In this document: piece by piece, positions 1-12,885 of the stretch
How the letters are laid out: each line of letters starts with the position of its first letter
Position numbering within the stretch: position 1 is the stretch's first letter
NCBI RefSeq assembly: GCF_947568905.1
Contig: NC_079168.1
Coordinates: 78,864,001-78,928,000, forward strand
Source: Ostrea edulis
Lineage: Eukaryota
Direction: 5' to 3'
DNA length: 64,000 bases
Made by a program: the position numbers and the translations under genes
The notes under the pieces: generated by a model
The model's database searches: none
What the model saw: the letters and a program-made list of their open reading frames with translations, nothing else
What the model was told of the DNA's origin: nothing

Positions 1-1112
1 GATGAGGAATGACCGTTGACTATAATGTTTGAGATATATATTTAACTTATTATGATCAACTGGAGTCTTGCCTAAGGAGTTACGTCTGAAATTTTCTGCA
101 TTTATTGGCAGGATGTTTTCCGCCACATTCTCTGCATTTGTGGTTGAATCTGCAATTGGGGGGAAAATTACAAGCTTTACCCTGGTTGAAGAACTTGCAT
201 GTGCCTAGTGATTTTCTGTCGGCCATGCTAGTTGACCGAGACTGGCTCTGTGTGGGGTTTTGTTTGTACCTTGCTTGCTCAGTGGGGCTGCTCTGGGACA
301 AGGGGCTGGTGATATACAAAAGCCAGAGCTCATTATTTATTTGACCCCAGGGGATACTTGGGTTACTGGCCATTCTAAGTCGGAATTGTTCCTCATATTT
401 TAACCAACCAGATGAACGGTTTGCTGCCAGGCGTATTTCACTCATGTATTTAAGTAAGTCTTGAGCTTTGGTGGGGAATTTTTCTAGCAACACGCTAGAA
501 AATATTTTTAAAAAGCCGATGTCCACCTATCTATGTTAAGATAGACGTTGGACCTTTGTTTTACAAGACACATGCGGCCATTTCCCTTTGCGATTCGGAG
601 TAGTCTTGTAACTCGCGTGCAGATTTTAACAAGAAAGATATGTCAATAAATTTTCCTTGCCAGATTTTTTGTTTTAGATTGTGGGGTACATGGGCCGACA
701 AGGGGTCAAAATAACTAGGGGTTGAGAGAGGTTGGTAGTCATCAATTTCGAGGGCGGATTGAATAGGAAGAAAGTTATCGGAGTCAAGTTGAGGGATGTC
801 AATTATTGACTCACCGCTTGAGGTGTTATCCTCCGCCGGTGGCTCGGCCACGTTGACAATGGCGTCTGGCGTGGGTGGTCTGTGATGCTGCCTAGGGGGC
901 GAAATCAGAGTTCTCGGTCGGCCCCGGCCTCTGGAAGGGGAACCCTCTGCTCGGCCGCCTCTCTTTTTGAAAGCGTTCGCACTTTTCTGCGAATTGGCGG
1001 CATGATTGGGAGGATTTAAACTGAAAAATTCTCTGAGCGATTTTTTGGCTGCTGATGTTTGTCGATGATGCCGGAAAAGGAAGCGTAGGGCAAATGAGGT
1101 TAGACAACTCAT
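1..1112 (-). mobile_element. Ngaro/DIRS-group tyrosine-recombinase retrotransposon 5' part: frameshifted gag-like ORF plus start of pol, running off the window
   Basis: ORFs 561-1112 (DPLSAHV..KIWQGKFIDISFLL) and 80-526 (W..YEEQFR, WGQINNELW, C-terminal CCCH/CCHC fingers CKFFNQGKACNFPPNCRFNHKCRECGGKH) join through LNIDRWTSAFL in a third frame. The minus strand of 1-78 reads KTPVDHNKLNIYLKHYSQRSFLI, resembling the start of the RT ORF in this group. Confidence 0.7.
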
Positions 1113-1511
1113 TAAGGGATTGGCTGTATTAACCTTAAGTTGTACCTTAGCTTATTCCGCTTAATAGCATGAATTGATGACGGCCGGTATGACAAAAAAT
1201 AAACATGGTATATCGTAAATTAATAGAGATTATTTTAATACGAGGATAAAATAATCAGCATTATATTAAACAAATGGTATATCGCCCATTCAAATGGCAA
1301 ATAGTGTGTTGATGTACATTATGGTAGTATTAGATAAGAGAATTCTGTTCAGAAACTAAATGGTTTAGAGTTGTTTAGTCGTTATATGTTTGGAGCAGTG
1401 CCACCTAATTTATCACGAACAAATATATAGTATAATTAAGAAATTAATTTCACTTCTTAAGATTCATAAAAGTACGAACTGCGACACCTCACGCCGACGT
1501 ACTTCATAAAA

Positions 1512-1818
1512 CGCTTCATGAAAAGTAAGCTGGCGTAGTGTCGCAGCTCATACTATCATGTAACTTCATGAAAAGTAAGCTGGCGTAGTGTCGCAGCTCA
1601 TACTATCATGTAACTTCATGAAAAGTAAGCTGGCGTAGTGTCGCAGCTCATGCTATCATGTAACTTCATGAAAAGTAAGCTGGCGTAGTGTCGCAGCTCA
1701 TACTATCATGTAACTTCATGAAAAGTATGCTGGCGTAGTGTCGCAGCTCATACTATCATGTAACTTCATGAAAAGTATGCTGGCGTAGTGTCGCAGCTCA
1801 TACTATCATGTAACTTCA
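1512..1818. repeat. Tandem array, 50-bp unit, about 6 copies, preceded by an inverted partial copy (1471-1505)
   Basis: Unit taacttcatgaaaagtaagctggcgtagtgtcgcagctcatactatcatg recurs at 1561, 1611, 1661, 1711 and 1761, with a partial copy at 1512. Confidence 0.95.
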
Positions 1819-2483
1819 AAAAATGAAATTATTTCTTATATTTACATATGTACTTTGTAATTTATTTCTGTCGAAATTCCCAGTCGTTAAAATAGACGTA
1901 TTACATTTATTGAGATTCATTCCCGCATTATTTACAACTGAAGAAAGGGCTATCAAAAAATTACAAATTATAAAGGTATCAAAGGCAAAAACATTGAAAA
2001 TGTAACTTTTAAGATATATGATGTTAAAATGGTACTGTATGATATAATATTTCTGATCAGCAATTTATGAACACAAATCGCTACGAACACTCTTGTTTCT
2101 AGAGTGTTTTAAAGTCACTTTCTGTGATAACGGATTAGGTGGCAGTTCTCCGGTGTTCTCCTAATTTGGTGCTATCAGTTTTTGAGTGGAACATGTGTGT
2201 TTCCTGACAAGGGTTAAATATCGGATCGAAAGAAGACCTTATCAAATATTGGCTGACTGAGGTTGAAGGCCGATGATATGATCTATGTAGTGCAGAGTAG
2301 ACTGAAATCAAAAGTCAGAAAGGTCCAAACATACGTAAACCTCCTATGATTACGGTATATAAGAACTATAATTTAATTTTAGTTGTTTCCTTTTTGTAAA
2401 TGTAATTAATAATTATCGAAAACACAGCAAATTTCATATTGAATTCCTAGAAAATCAGATAGCAAAATAACGGGAAAATCAGT

Positions 2484-2730
2484 ATTTTGTCGTCTTGTCG
2501 ACCTTTCGTTATTTCGCTAATTATCGTTTTGTCGACTTTTCGTTTTGTCGTCTTTTCGCCTCGAAAAGACGACAAAATGCCAAGCGAAAAGTCGACAAAT
2601 TAGGTCGCTAATTTGCGGTCTTATTTGTCGTCTTTTCGCCTACATTTTGTCGTCTTTTCGACTTTTCGTTTTGTCGTCCTTTCTACTTTTCGTTATTTCG
2701 GGGTGAAAAGTCGCTAATTATCGTTTTGTT
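2484..2730. repeat. Cluster of short direct and inverted ttttgtcgtcttttcg motifs (MITE-like)
   Basis: Repeated ttttgtcgtcttttcg with reverse-complement cgaaaagacgacaaaat copies in the middle. Confidence 0.6.
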
Positions 2731-2939
2731 GAAAGTGCAGGTTTAATCATACCATACACATAGAATACAAATAAAAAGTTATTTAAAACAAATGGAAAAA
2801 AAATACAAATAGAAAATTATACATTATGAATAGAACATATATAATACAAATGGAATATATAGAAAGCAAATGGAATATTATAAATACAAATGAAATAAAA
2901 TCATGCAATGGGGAGAAACTCAAGTATTGCAACGTTTGA

Positions 2940-3275
2940 CATGCCATACTTGGGCGTAGAATCAGAGAGTTGTTTACTAAACTATAGCACAATTTATCAG
3001 ATATTGCAATTCAAAGGAGATTGAAATAGAATTTGATGTCAAAACTTATATTTGGTGATACAAAACAAAAACATTTCAGGTCATACAATGCATTACTTAT
3101 AATGATAAAAAAAAAATATATAGGAATAGATGCCAAAAAAATCAGCTAACACTTAAAGCCCTTATAAATGATTGGAAACAATTGTATCAAATCAACCAGT
3201 ATAGTTATAAGGAAAGAAATGAATTAGACAAATTTAAAATGGACTGGGAAAAATGGTCTCCATTAGTCAATTGAC
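2940..3275 (+). mobile_element. Degenerate 3' end of an L1/Tx1-like LINE ORF2
   Basis: Frame-broken translation ending LDKFKMDWEKWSPL, similar to L1/Tx1 C-termini, followed by a C/CT microsatellite. Confidence 0.4.
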
Positions 3276-4721
3276 TCCCCCCCCCCTCTCTCTCTCTCTC
3301 TCATAAAAAGAAAATGAACATTATTATATATATATTCAATTCAAAGGAATAAAACCAAAAATTAGATTCGAAGAAAAAAATCACATTATTTATAAAAACC
3401 ATGATTAACTATATGTAAATATCGTAATTCAATCCAAAGGAATAATCAAATAACAATGATGGCTTTGAATATATTTTTCAGTTTACCATTTCATAATGTA
3501 GGTCCGTAGTTAATAAAGGTCTTCTTTCTAAAACCATAACATAAGTCGCACTTGTTTCTTCCCACTGACCCAGTTCAAAACGCCATGTGATAAAAATAAG
3601 CCGGGTCGTCGCCCAGATACCGAAATAAGTGTGCCCGTATTAATTATCGCTCGCCTCCTATCCGCCATCTTCGCTAGCCAAGGGTGACGCTCCACGGTTA
3701 GAAAGGAAACCAACATAGCCTACACCCTGCAGGTTGGGGGTATACTCGGTTGTCACCCCAGCGAAGATGCCTATCGGCCGATATTTTAGGCCTATCAATA
3801 GGAGTTGTTCCTCTTCGGCTTGCAGTCACTAGCAGTCTTTGAATATCATGTACTTTCAAAGTATGGAAAAGAGGCTGTTGCACAGAAGCGGGAATTTTCC
3901 TTAGTCGGAGCTCCTTGCAAACATTCGTGACGTAGAACTGACCTTCATTCATATTTATACTCATTGCGCATTTGCCATTTAAATACCTGAAGGATTCCCC
4001 AGTACTAGGGACAAACCTAATACATTTTATGTGTCAATACATTATACATGTAGTCTAAAGATACTTTTTGAAATCGTGAAAATTAAATTGTCTTCTTTTT
4101 TTCCTGAGTATCAGATACAATGTATACGGTTACATGTTACGAGTGTATCAGATATTTAATATTCTATATTATTACAGTCCAAAAGCTCTTATACTCATAT
4201 GCTTTATTTTCTATAACCAACAATGGCAACTGTACATGACTCTGCCACAAAACAATATATGGGAAGTTTAATACGCATTAATAAAATTCAACATTATTCA
4301 AAGTACATGCAACTGTAAAAATTGATTCAACATAGCAATTTGCTACTGGAATACATATAAATTCAAACTGTTTAACGGTTATTTACCTCGTTTGGCCTTA
4401 AAGTTTTTCTTCCAAAGCTATGCAAAGTTCACAACGGTTTTTCGTAAAAGGCACCATGCCTTTGTCAACAACTTTCATTCAGAAAAACATACAAGTTCTC
4501 GTTAGCAGCCTTGACTATCAAAACACAGGTATTGCATGCTGTATTCGGCGTGTTTGTTGAGTCCTATTAACAAACTAAACAGTGCCCAGGTTGGAAGCTT
4601 ATTTCAAACTCGGAACATGGTAATAAACAGATATTTGACATGAAACATTTATAAAAACTAGAAGCGTGTTTCAATTAAGAAAAAAAAATCTAGATGGAAA
4701 AGGAATATGAAAAAAAAAATA

Positions 4722-4800
4722 TGTTCGTGAGGGAGTCGAACCCGGTCGTTTTAAAACTAGAAAGCATCTTTACACTTATCCTCTGAACCACGCAGTAGAC
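4722..4800 (-). repeat. tRNA-like (Pol III A/B box) segment of a repeat; not a functional tRNA
   Basis: Minus strand has TGGTTCAGAGG (A box-like) and GGGTTCGACTCC (B box). No clean cloverleaf. Confidence 0.5.
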
Positions 4801-5354
4801 CATACATTACTGAGGAAAATTAACGTACAGGTGAAGTTGAAAATAATACTAGTGAAGTCGTTTCGATTTTTTTAATTTTACAAAAAAATGCCCCCGTGAA
4901 ACAAAATTTCAAAGCGACAGTTTTTTAGAGGAAAACTCGAAGAACATGCTCATGCTAAATTTATTTTGTTTCACGGAGGCAGTTTTTCTGAAATTCGGGG
5001 ATACCCCTCCATTTTAACGCTGAAAATCATATAAATCACTTATTGCTTGATTTAAACTCGAAATATTTTGGCTAATTTTGTCAATACACGTCTTTTAAAC
5101 TTATTTTCAAAAATTATTGAATGAAGACATACGTTCCAATTGGTGTTGTCATATATTTGAATAACTTAAATTTTTCGATCTTTCATGCAACACCTCTAGG
5201 GAAATTAACATGAGACGTGCAACACCTTCTTTTATAGAAAATGTGCTTCCGATATGTCAAAGCACATAATTTAACATATGTCTAAATACACAATTTAACA
5301 ATCGTTTGAAATAAAATATATCGTATTTGACAATTGTGGTATATGTACATGTAT

Positions 5355-5801
5355 CAATGGCGGATTTAAGGGGGGCGCAACCGCCCCCCCCCCCCTCTAA
5401 AATTTTCAAATTTAAGGTAAATCGTGGTATCTTGTTTAGAAAAATGTACTAAACGATAAAACAGGAATAATTCCTTCCACTCCTGGAGAAATAAATGACA
5501 AAATCTTTTGATTTCTTGTATTATTTTATTGGGAGAACTTATTTTTTTCCAAAAACCCTTAAAATTTACGTCATTTTATTAATTTCACCTTATCAAAAAT
5601 GATAGAAAATAGTACAAATGACTGAATAAGAAACATATTTCAAGCCCTATAAAATTTGTAAAATCCAGGAGCTTCCGGGGGCTTCGCCTCCTGCCTCCCC
5701 CAGGGCTTGCCCTGGACCCACCGGAGGCCTCAAGGCTGCTCCCAGACCCCCTGCCTCATAAAGTGGCGCCCCCGTAACTGCAATTCCTGGACCTGCCCCT
5801 T
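5355..5801. mobile_element. MITE with degenerate CA(A/G)TGGCGG-type termini and 5-bp TSD
   Basis: Begins caatggcggatttaagg and ends gacctgcccctt. tgtat lies on both flanks (5350-5354, 5802-5806). Confidence 0.55.
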
Positions 5802-6619
5802 TGTATGACCTTCAACGCGTTAGAATATCATGATGTTAGAGAAAAGAAAAAAGAAAAAAACAAAAAAGGTAATGTTTCAACCGATCTTGGTTGCCCTGAG
5901 TAAACACATGATTATCTAGTTCACATGAAATTGATAAGAGAGTTGCACGACAAGTAGGCCTAGCTTTTCTTGAACTTTATAATCGCGAGATTTGTGTTCT
6001 CCTGCGTTCTCCTTCAAACATATTGTCTTTCCTCGATTTCTAAAAATAGCTTCTCAGAAAAAGCCAATAAGTTTTCGGAAAGTATCGTCCTTTTTCATTA
6101 AGTTCAAATTATGATCCCTATGGTGTCCAAAGTTAAATGATCAACGATTTTCATGATAAACGGAAAACCTGACACACACAAAACACAATATGCGTGATAA
6201 ACGCAAAACATGATACGATAGGATAAACGCACGATAGAAATGTCAAGAATAATGTTGCGGGTACTGTACCTCCCAAAGATTTGTGTTCGGTCTTGTTTTG
6301 CGTGATAATAATTAAACAAACAAAAATAGACAATAAAACTAAAAAAAAACTGTTCGGTGTGTAAAGATTAAATAAAAATGTTTGATGACTAGCACAATCA
6401 AAATAAATTTTAGGATCAACTAATGCCTGAGAAATGATGCAGAGATTGGAAAACCTTAGAGTGATCCGCAGTTCTGGACGCTCCAGATTATGCACCTTTA
6501 ACCTTAAACCGAACAGAGAAGTTTGTGATTTTGTTTGTTTTTATTGTATAAGTATTATACTAACTTTTATTTAGTAAAATATATGGCGATTTATCTCTAT
6601 TGATTAGCAAGACAACCAT

Positions 6620-8622
6620 GGAGAAAGCCTTAGAATCCGCAAATTTTGTCTTCTTTTGAACTGTCCCCAAAATTCACCGTCTTTGATAAAGATAAACAGA
6701 GCGACCGATATAAAAGTCAGACACTCTGCCAAGTTCAAGAAGATCCGGAGGCTTTGGACGAGGTAGGTAGAGAATGTAACTTTATTGTGATCTACAAGAA
6801 TGGAAATATAAAAAAAAAATACAACATCAAGGGTGGAGGTAAGAGGGAGGGGCAGCGGGAACACATCTCATTCCCACTTTCAGAGGGGGGGGGGGCACTC
6901 TTCATCAATGTCTTTTTTATATCATAATTAAAAAGTATAATCTATATTAAAAAAAAATATATGCATACAAGATTCATGGAAATTTTTTGATTTGTTTTGA
7001 TTTTCATTAGAGTTATGTTACATAAATTCTCATCTTCACAATTTAACTCACGCGAATTTCCACGAATACCACGTGTATTTCTACAGTAATCAGTACAAGC
7101 AGTATATAATAGAATCAATGCATTACAGAAAAAAGTAATATAACGTTTTAGAGAGAGAGAGAGAGAGGGGGGGGGGGGTGTTGAAGCGTGATACTAAACC
7201 ACAGGCACGGAACAGTACGAAAGATAACGTCCTTGTTTTGTTTGAATTAACGTCATCCAAAGAACATATTAATCTGAGAGTTTATTTTGAATTATGAGCA
7301 CTATAAAAACAGATATCTTCGTTTTGCAACATTACAGGAAAAAATAATTAACCTGAGTTTTATTTTATGTTTGTTAACAAGCATTGCATTTTAGGCAGTA
7401 TAAGGACGGGTTCATTGCTGATAAGAGGGTTGAAGGTTAAGATATACTCCGTCATACAAGCCTGAGACTGTACATACAATGTACAGTAAATGATTGAATA
7501 CATAAAAATTCACTGAACCCAAGTCTCTGCATATAGTAGATAAATAAATATATAAATCCATTGAGCCAATGTGAATGCATAAACTTAGTGAAAATAAATT
7601 GATATTAAATTTAAAAACAGAACAGCTGATTTTTGTTTTTGTTTTGAAAATATAAAGGTACAACGTTCAATTCCTAGCAATAAATTCTGTACTTTGATTA
7701 TATATGAGGAATCCCTGAACAAATTCGTAGTATTTCAATGCGAAATTTCATTTAGAATTACAACTGAATTTTGATATTAGATAAATAAAAATAAAAATGA
7801 TAAAATAAAATTTTAACCGTTAATCCATTATATCTTGGAGCAGTATCAGTCAGAATAATTTGTTTATAATATATTTCGAGTAATCTGAATACATTGAATT
7901 ACTCTTTGGTATGGTTGTAATTGTTTCAATAAGCTAAAGAAAATTATTTACATATTAAGTAGTTATTATTTTTTTCTAGAAAAAAAATATTTTATAAAAA
8001 AAAACAACAACTTTTTGTTAATATGTTTCTATTGTTATTGTTCCTGTCCATTTTCACACTTGTTTTATACGATTTCAAACACTTTTGACAATTTTGAATA
8101 CCCAGATTAACCGACCTTTATGGTGGTAAAAAGAGGAAAGAAAAAAGAAGAAAAATTCTAAAGATGATATTCAAATTACTTGGAGGAATACGGATGTGTA
8201 GGGGTTTGCTGGGGGTTTTTCATATCATTATTTTGTTTCAAGAATTTGCCGAATATTTACTGTTGAAATTCCACCTTTTGTGGATTGACTATCATTTTAA
8301 ATTTAATTACTCTTTCCTCAAAACCTCATTGCGGAATATTACTAGCACGGTCCATAAGTTTCAAGGGGCGTGGCTTGAACGGTGCGCACGTTCTATGAGC
8401 TTGAATGGAAGCTTTGGGAGTGTAGTAACAGGCTTCAGGATCGATATATAAAATCTTTTTCTTTTTTTAAAAATCTTATTCAATGAAATAAAAGGACGAT
8501 TGAGCCGCGGAACCACCGCCTTATCGGTGACATGTTGCTTAGTGAAGATGCAACAATGTGTAGATGTTTTCGACACTAACGGTTATATTTGAACTTGCTA
8601 ACCTGACTTTCAGAGAGATTAA
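6620..8622 (+). repeat. Local duplication, copy A (upstream of thaumatin gene)
   Basis: High similarity to 15160-15870 and 17273-18047. The segment 8360-8622 matches 18431-18690 in inverted orientation. Confidence 0.85.
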
Positions 8623-10104
8623 GCATTAATTTAGACACCTATTTTCTCTCCAGTTTTTGTGTCTTGATTGCGTTTTGGCCGTTCGTTTTGTGTTTATGCA
8701 CGTCAGTTTTGCATTTCTTGTTTGATTTCTAATCGATATCGCTGATTGCAGATCTAGCTTGTAGGTTTCAAAAATGCAACCTTCGATCATTTTCGTGATT
8801 CTTGCATTTAGTTAACATGAGGTATAGTTATAGTAAATCAAAACACATACATTTCAAACATGCCATCATTATATGCAAAAACAGTCAATGCGAATAGAAT
8901 TTTTATAGATAATGATGATAACGATGAGTTATAATACGTGGAATGGGCTTGCGAATAAAGTTCATAAACCATATTGCGCGTGAATCATTCAATTTTCTGC
9001 AGCACGTATTATTCAAAATCTTGTATAGATGTCAATATGAAAATTAATCTGCACATCCTGTCCTTAATCTAGAACTTAGATAAAGACAGAAAAACCAATC
9101 AATGGTATAAAGAGAATATCAAACATGACGCGGGGAAGGGAGACAAGAATCTTTGACCTTGTAAAATCTTTGTGCAGGTTTTTTTGGGGGGGGGGGGGTT
9201 ACGTGGGACAGGAAAGAGTGTCACCCTAAAGACTCAGCACTATCCCCAGTGTACTTACAGGTTTTCTTTCCCTTTTCTTGTTATTTTTTTATCAGGAGAA
9301 TTTTTATGAGCTTCCCCCTTCACTATTTTCCCACCTGACTACGCTGCTGAACATCAGTAGTATGTATTGCTATATAATCTATATAATGATACATGTATAA
9401 GTTTAAACAACTTCTGTTTTGCTGAACTAGTGCACCATTAAGCATTAGTTCCGATTATCTCTGTTCTTCTTTGCACGCCATCTAGCGTCAATTCTGTTAA
9501 TGATTGATGCGTTGGTGCTCGTTCGAATTGCAAAGGTTCCTGTTGATTTTACAATTGGGTCAGTTCATTTTGTTTCTACCCTCTCCGTCGCTCATACAAT
9601 GCACCGGATGTTGTTGAGCAGGGATAAAGTTCATATGTAGAGATGACATGTACCATTCATTTAGGCGGTTTTTCTTCCTAATGCAAACTGACCTTAACAA
9701 CCTTGTCTATGTCTTATATACACTGTATAGATGCACGTAATTGAGTGGGTGGACAACGTTTGATAAGAGTAAGGTAACGTGAGCTATATAGATAGATAAA
9801 AAATGACGTCATGTTTATATATTCTAGATCTATACTAGGGTCGATTGTGTTTGAGATTTTTATAACCATAACATTGATGCAGACTGCATGCATTTTAAAG
9901 TAGAAGAAAGTGAATCATTTTCCTCAGCGCTTACCTAGGCAGTGAACAGTATTTTCAATGAATCATGTGTCCGCAAGAAGAATGGTGCAAATCTACACCA
10001 AACAAACTTGTATATTATATTGTCAAAATGTGTTTTTAAAGGTTCTTGAGAGTTTTTCTGTATTACGATATATAACGTAAACTGCAAAATTTGCGGCCCC
10101 GTCC

Positions 10105-10416
10105 TGACTCCGGAAGTTATGCAATGACGATTGTTACATCTTTGTATTTTCAGATAACGATGGAGGCCCTGATATTACTAGCTGACTCTGGAAGTTATGA
10201 AATGACGATTGTTACATCTTTATATTTTCAGATAACGATGGAGGCCCTGATATTACTAGCTGACTCTGGAAGTTATGCAATGACGATTGTTACTTCTTTG
10301 TATTTTCAGATAACGATGAAGGCCCTGATATTACTAGCTGACTCTGGAAGTTATGCAATGACGATTGTTACATCTTTGTATTTTCAGATAACGATGAAGG
10401 CCCTGATATTACTAGC
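10105..10416 (+). repeat. 78-bp tandem array (4 copies), each containing a splice acceptor and start ATG of the thaumatin gene
   Basis: Units start at 10105, 10183, 10261 and 10339. Each has ttt(g/a)tattttcag|ataacgATG, with ATGs at 10160, 10238, 10316 and 10394. Confidence 0.95.
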
Positions 10417-11640
10417 TTTGGTTGCATTCTGTAGCGGACACAAAGTCCACTTTAGTAACAATTGTTACAAAGAAGTATGGGTGGGTGTTCTTGGCAGCTC
10501 TATCCCTGACCAAGGTGAGAAATAGCAAAAATGTTGAGCACATTGCAATAGCAAAACATCTTTCCAACCGCAAATGTTTTTGCAAAGGGCCATAGTTCTT
10601 GTAAAAGTATTTCAAACGCGATGAAAATAGAAAATGACCGTTTTTGTATTAGTATGAATTGTTTTCTATCAATTAATCTTTACTTTCAAATCCAAATCGA
10701 AAAACATTACCCAAATTTTTACAAAAGATTACAATTGTGTGTAATTTAATGTTTTCCACTGAATTTAAAGATTTATGAATAATGCAAACATAAAAGTGGT
10801 CCCATAGAAAAGGTTTAGGTGAATATAGGTTTTTGGCAAGATCAAAACATTTGCAAATAGTTTACAAAGTTTTATAACTTTTGAGAGGGAGTGGGTATTT
10901 TATATTGTTGAAGTTAGATTACGGCGAACTTCCAGTAAACGCTACACATAATGTAAAAGTGTTGTGCAACTGGGTCCGTAAAAATCAGTTATGCTAATAT
11001 GTTGTGTTTGAATAACCCCATTGAATGGTATCTTTCTTTAGGAGGCTTTAAGCTTCTCCACGGACACAGTCACACTGTTTACCTCCCATCTCATTGGTCC
11101 GGAAGGTTCTGGGGACGTACCGGATGTAGTGGATCTCGCTGTGAGACCGGTGATTGTGGTGGAGGTCGACTTCATTGTAGCGGAGCTGGAGGAGTCCCCC
11201 CGGTCACTCTCGCCGAAATCACCTTTGACGGTGCCGGAAACCAAGACTTTTACGACATCAGTCTGGTTGACGGTTTTAATCTTCCATTGAGCATGCGCCC
11301 AAGAAGTGGAACAACAGAGGGACCTTCAGGGGCATATTATTGCAAGCCTGCTGGTTGCTACACAGATATTAACAACATCTGTCCGAGTGGTATGAAGCTT
11401 TACGGATCTGGCGGAGTTGTAGCTTGCAAAAGCGCCTGTTTAGCGTTTGGAAGATCAGAGTACTGCTGCAGCGGATCTCACAACACACCACAGACATGCC
11501 CAAATTTCTCCTACGCTCAAACCTTTAAGAGTGCTTGCCCGCAAGCCTACAGTTACGCCTATGATGACAATAAGAGTACTTTCACCTGCCGTGGCGCCGG
11601 GGGGAGTCAGTCTGAATATGATATTACTTTCTGCGGATAG
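10394..11640 (+). CDS. Secreted thaumatin-like (PR-5 family) protein, about 239 aa; coding exons 10394-10514 and 11042-11640
   Basis: Signal peptide MKALILLALVAFCSG. Phase-1 intron CAAG|gtgaga...ctttag|GA restores PDQGGFKL. Motifs WSGRFWGRTGC, CETGDCGGG, TLAE, DFYDISLVDGFN, CKSAC, YCC and AYSYAYDD are present, with 16 mature Cys and an intact R-E-D-D-D acidic cleft. Confidence 0.92.
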
Positions 11641-11770
11641 AATATCAATCCTAACATACATCGCAGTGACGATCTTAGAGTTTTACATGTGTTTTGTTAT
11701 GAATACTTTAGTGTTACTGATTAAATTTACAAAATCATTTAAAAAGGTTTTGATTGAAGAAAAGATATAG

Positions 11771-12795
11771 ACAGCTGCTTCTTCAACGAAAACGGAAAAC
11801 GGAAATATTCATATCTAATGATCAGTCATTCAAAAACTTACTTTGTTAAACACCACTCTGATTCCACGCACAAGTACTCTGAAGTTGAAATAAAAAATAT
11901 GCTAGAGTTCCTCATTGACAATATCTTCGTGGTCTTTGGTGATCAGGTCTTCCAACAGTCTGTTGGAATTCCCATGGGCACGAATTGTGCTCCTTTGTTA
12001 GCTGACCTGTTTTTATATTCATATGAAGCAGAATTTATTCAAAAACTTCTACGTGAGAAGAAAAAATCTCTCGCTGTGACCTTCAATTCGACTTTTAGGT
12101 ATATCGATGACGTTTTGTCTATTAACAATGATAGCTTTCATTCATATGTCGATTTGATATATCCCTGTGAGCTCGAAATAAAGGACACCACAGAGTCGTC
12201 CAGTTCTGCTTCATACTTAGATATTTTATTGAAAGTAGACATTAACAGCAAACTGACAACTCAACTGTATGACAAATGGGATGATTTCATCTTCTCCATC
12301 GTCAACTTCCCACATTTATGTAGCAATATTCCATTATCACCTGCATATGGTGTTTATATATCTCAACTGATTCGATATGCAAGAGCTTGTTCTGGGTATA
12401 GTCAGTTTTTAAATCGAGGTAAGCTACTGACAAACAAGTTGATGGTACAGGGATTTCAACAGTCTCGATCGAAGTCAGCATTTCGCAAATTCTGTGGTCG
12501 TTATAACGATCTAGTTCGTCAATACAACCTCGCATTGGGTCAAATGTTGTCTGACGTGTTTCATACCGATTGTTAAGCCGTTCTTGGCACACTGATTTTG
12601 ACTGCGGATAACTCCGTTTACCTGATCAGGATATGGGGCTCACGGCGGGTGTGACCGGTCAACAGGGGATGCTTACTCCTCCTAGGCACCTGATCCCACC
12701 TCTGGTGTGTCCAGGGGTCCGTGTTTGCCCAAATATCTATTTTGTATTGCTTGTAGGAGTTATGAGATTGATCATTGTTCGTTATCTTCACCTTG
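11771..12795 (+). mobile_element. 5'-truncated Penelope-like retroelement (Naiad-type), RT C-terminal half plus 3' end; ORF 11818-12576
   Basis: Q..GIPMGTNCAPLLADLFL, FRYIDD, YLD and YDK.DDF..SIVNFP motifs. There is a long insert before motif B, and the ORF stops after RT with no C-terminal GIY-YIG. Confidence 0.8.
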
Positions 12796-12885
12796 CATAT
12801 AGGACCAAAGATTTTTTAATCTCAAATTATGTATTTAAAAATACGTAATCAAGGTTCACTAGTTTGGATTTTGGTGATTTTTTAA

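Noticed and set aside
3528-3964. Minus-strand ORFs and a stop-interrupted third frame that look coding
   Set aside because: No recognisable domain and several stops. They cannot be assigned without a database search.
10394-11640. Recent horizontal transfer or contamination from a plant or fungus
   Set aside because: The gene has host-like introns, is locally duplicated and is interleaved with animal repeats. Origin cannot be judged without a phylogeny.
11818-12795. Selenoprotein-type Naiad (Sec/SECIS)
   Set aside because: There is no in-frame TGA in the surviving ORF, which ends at TAA, so nothing supports recoding.
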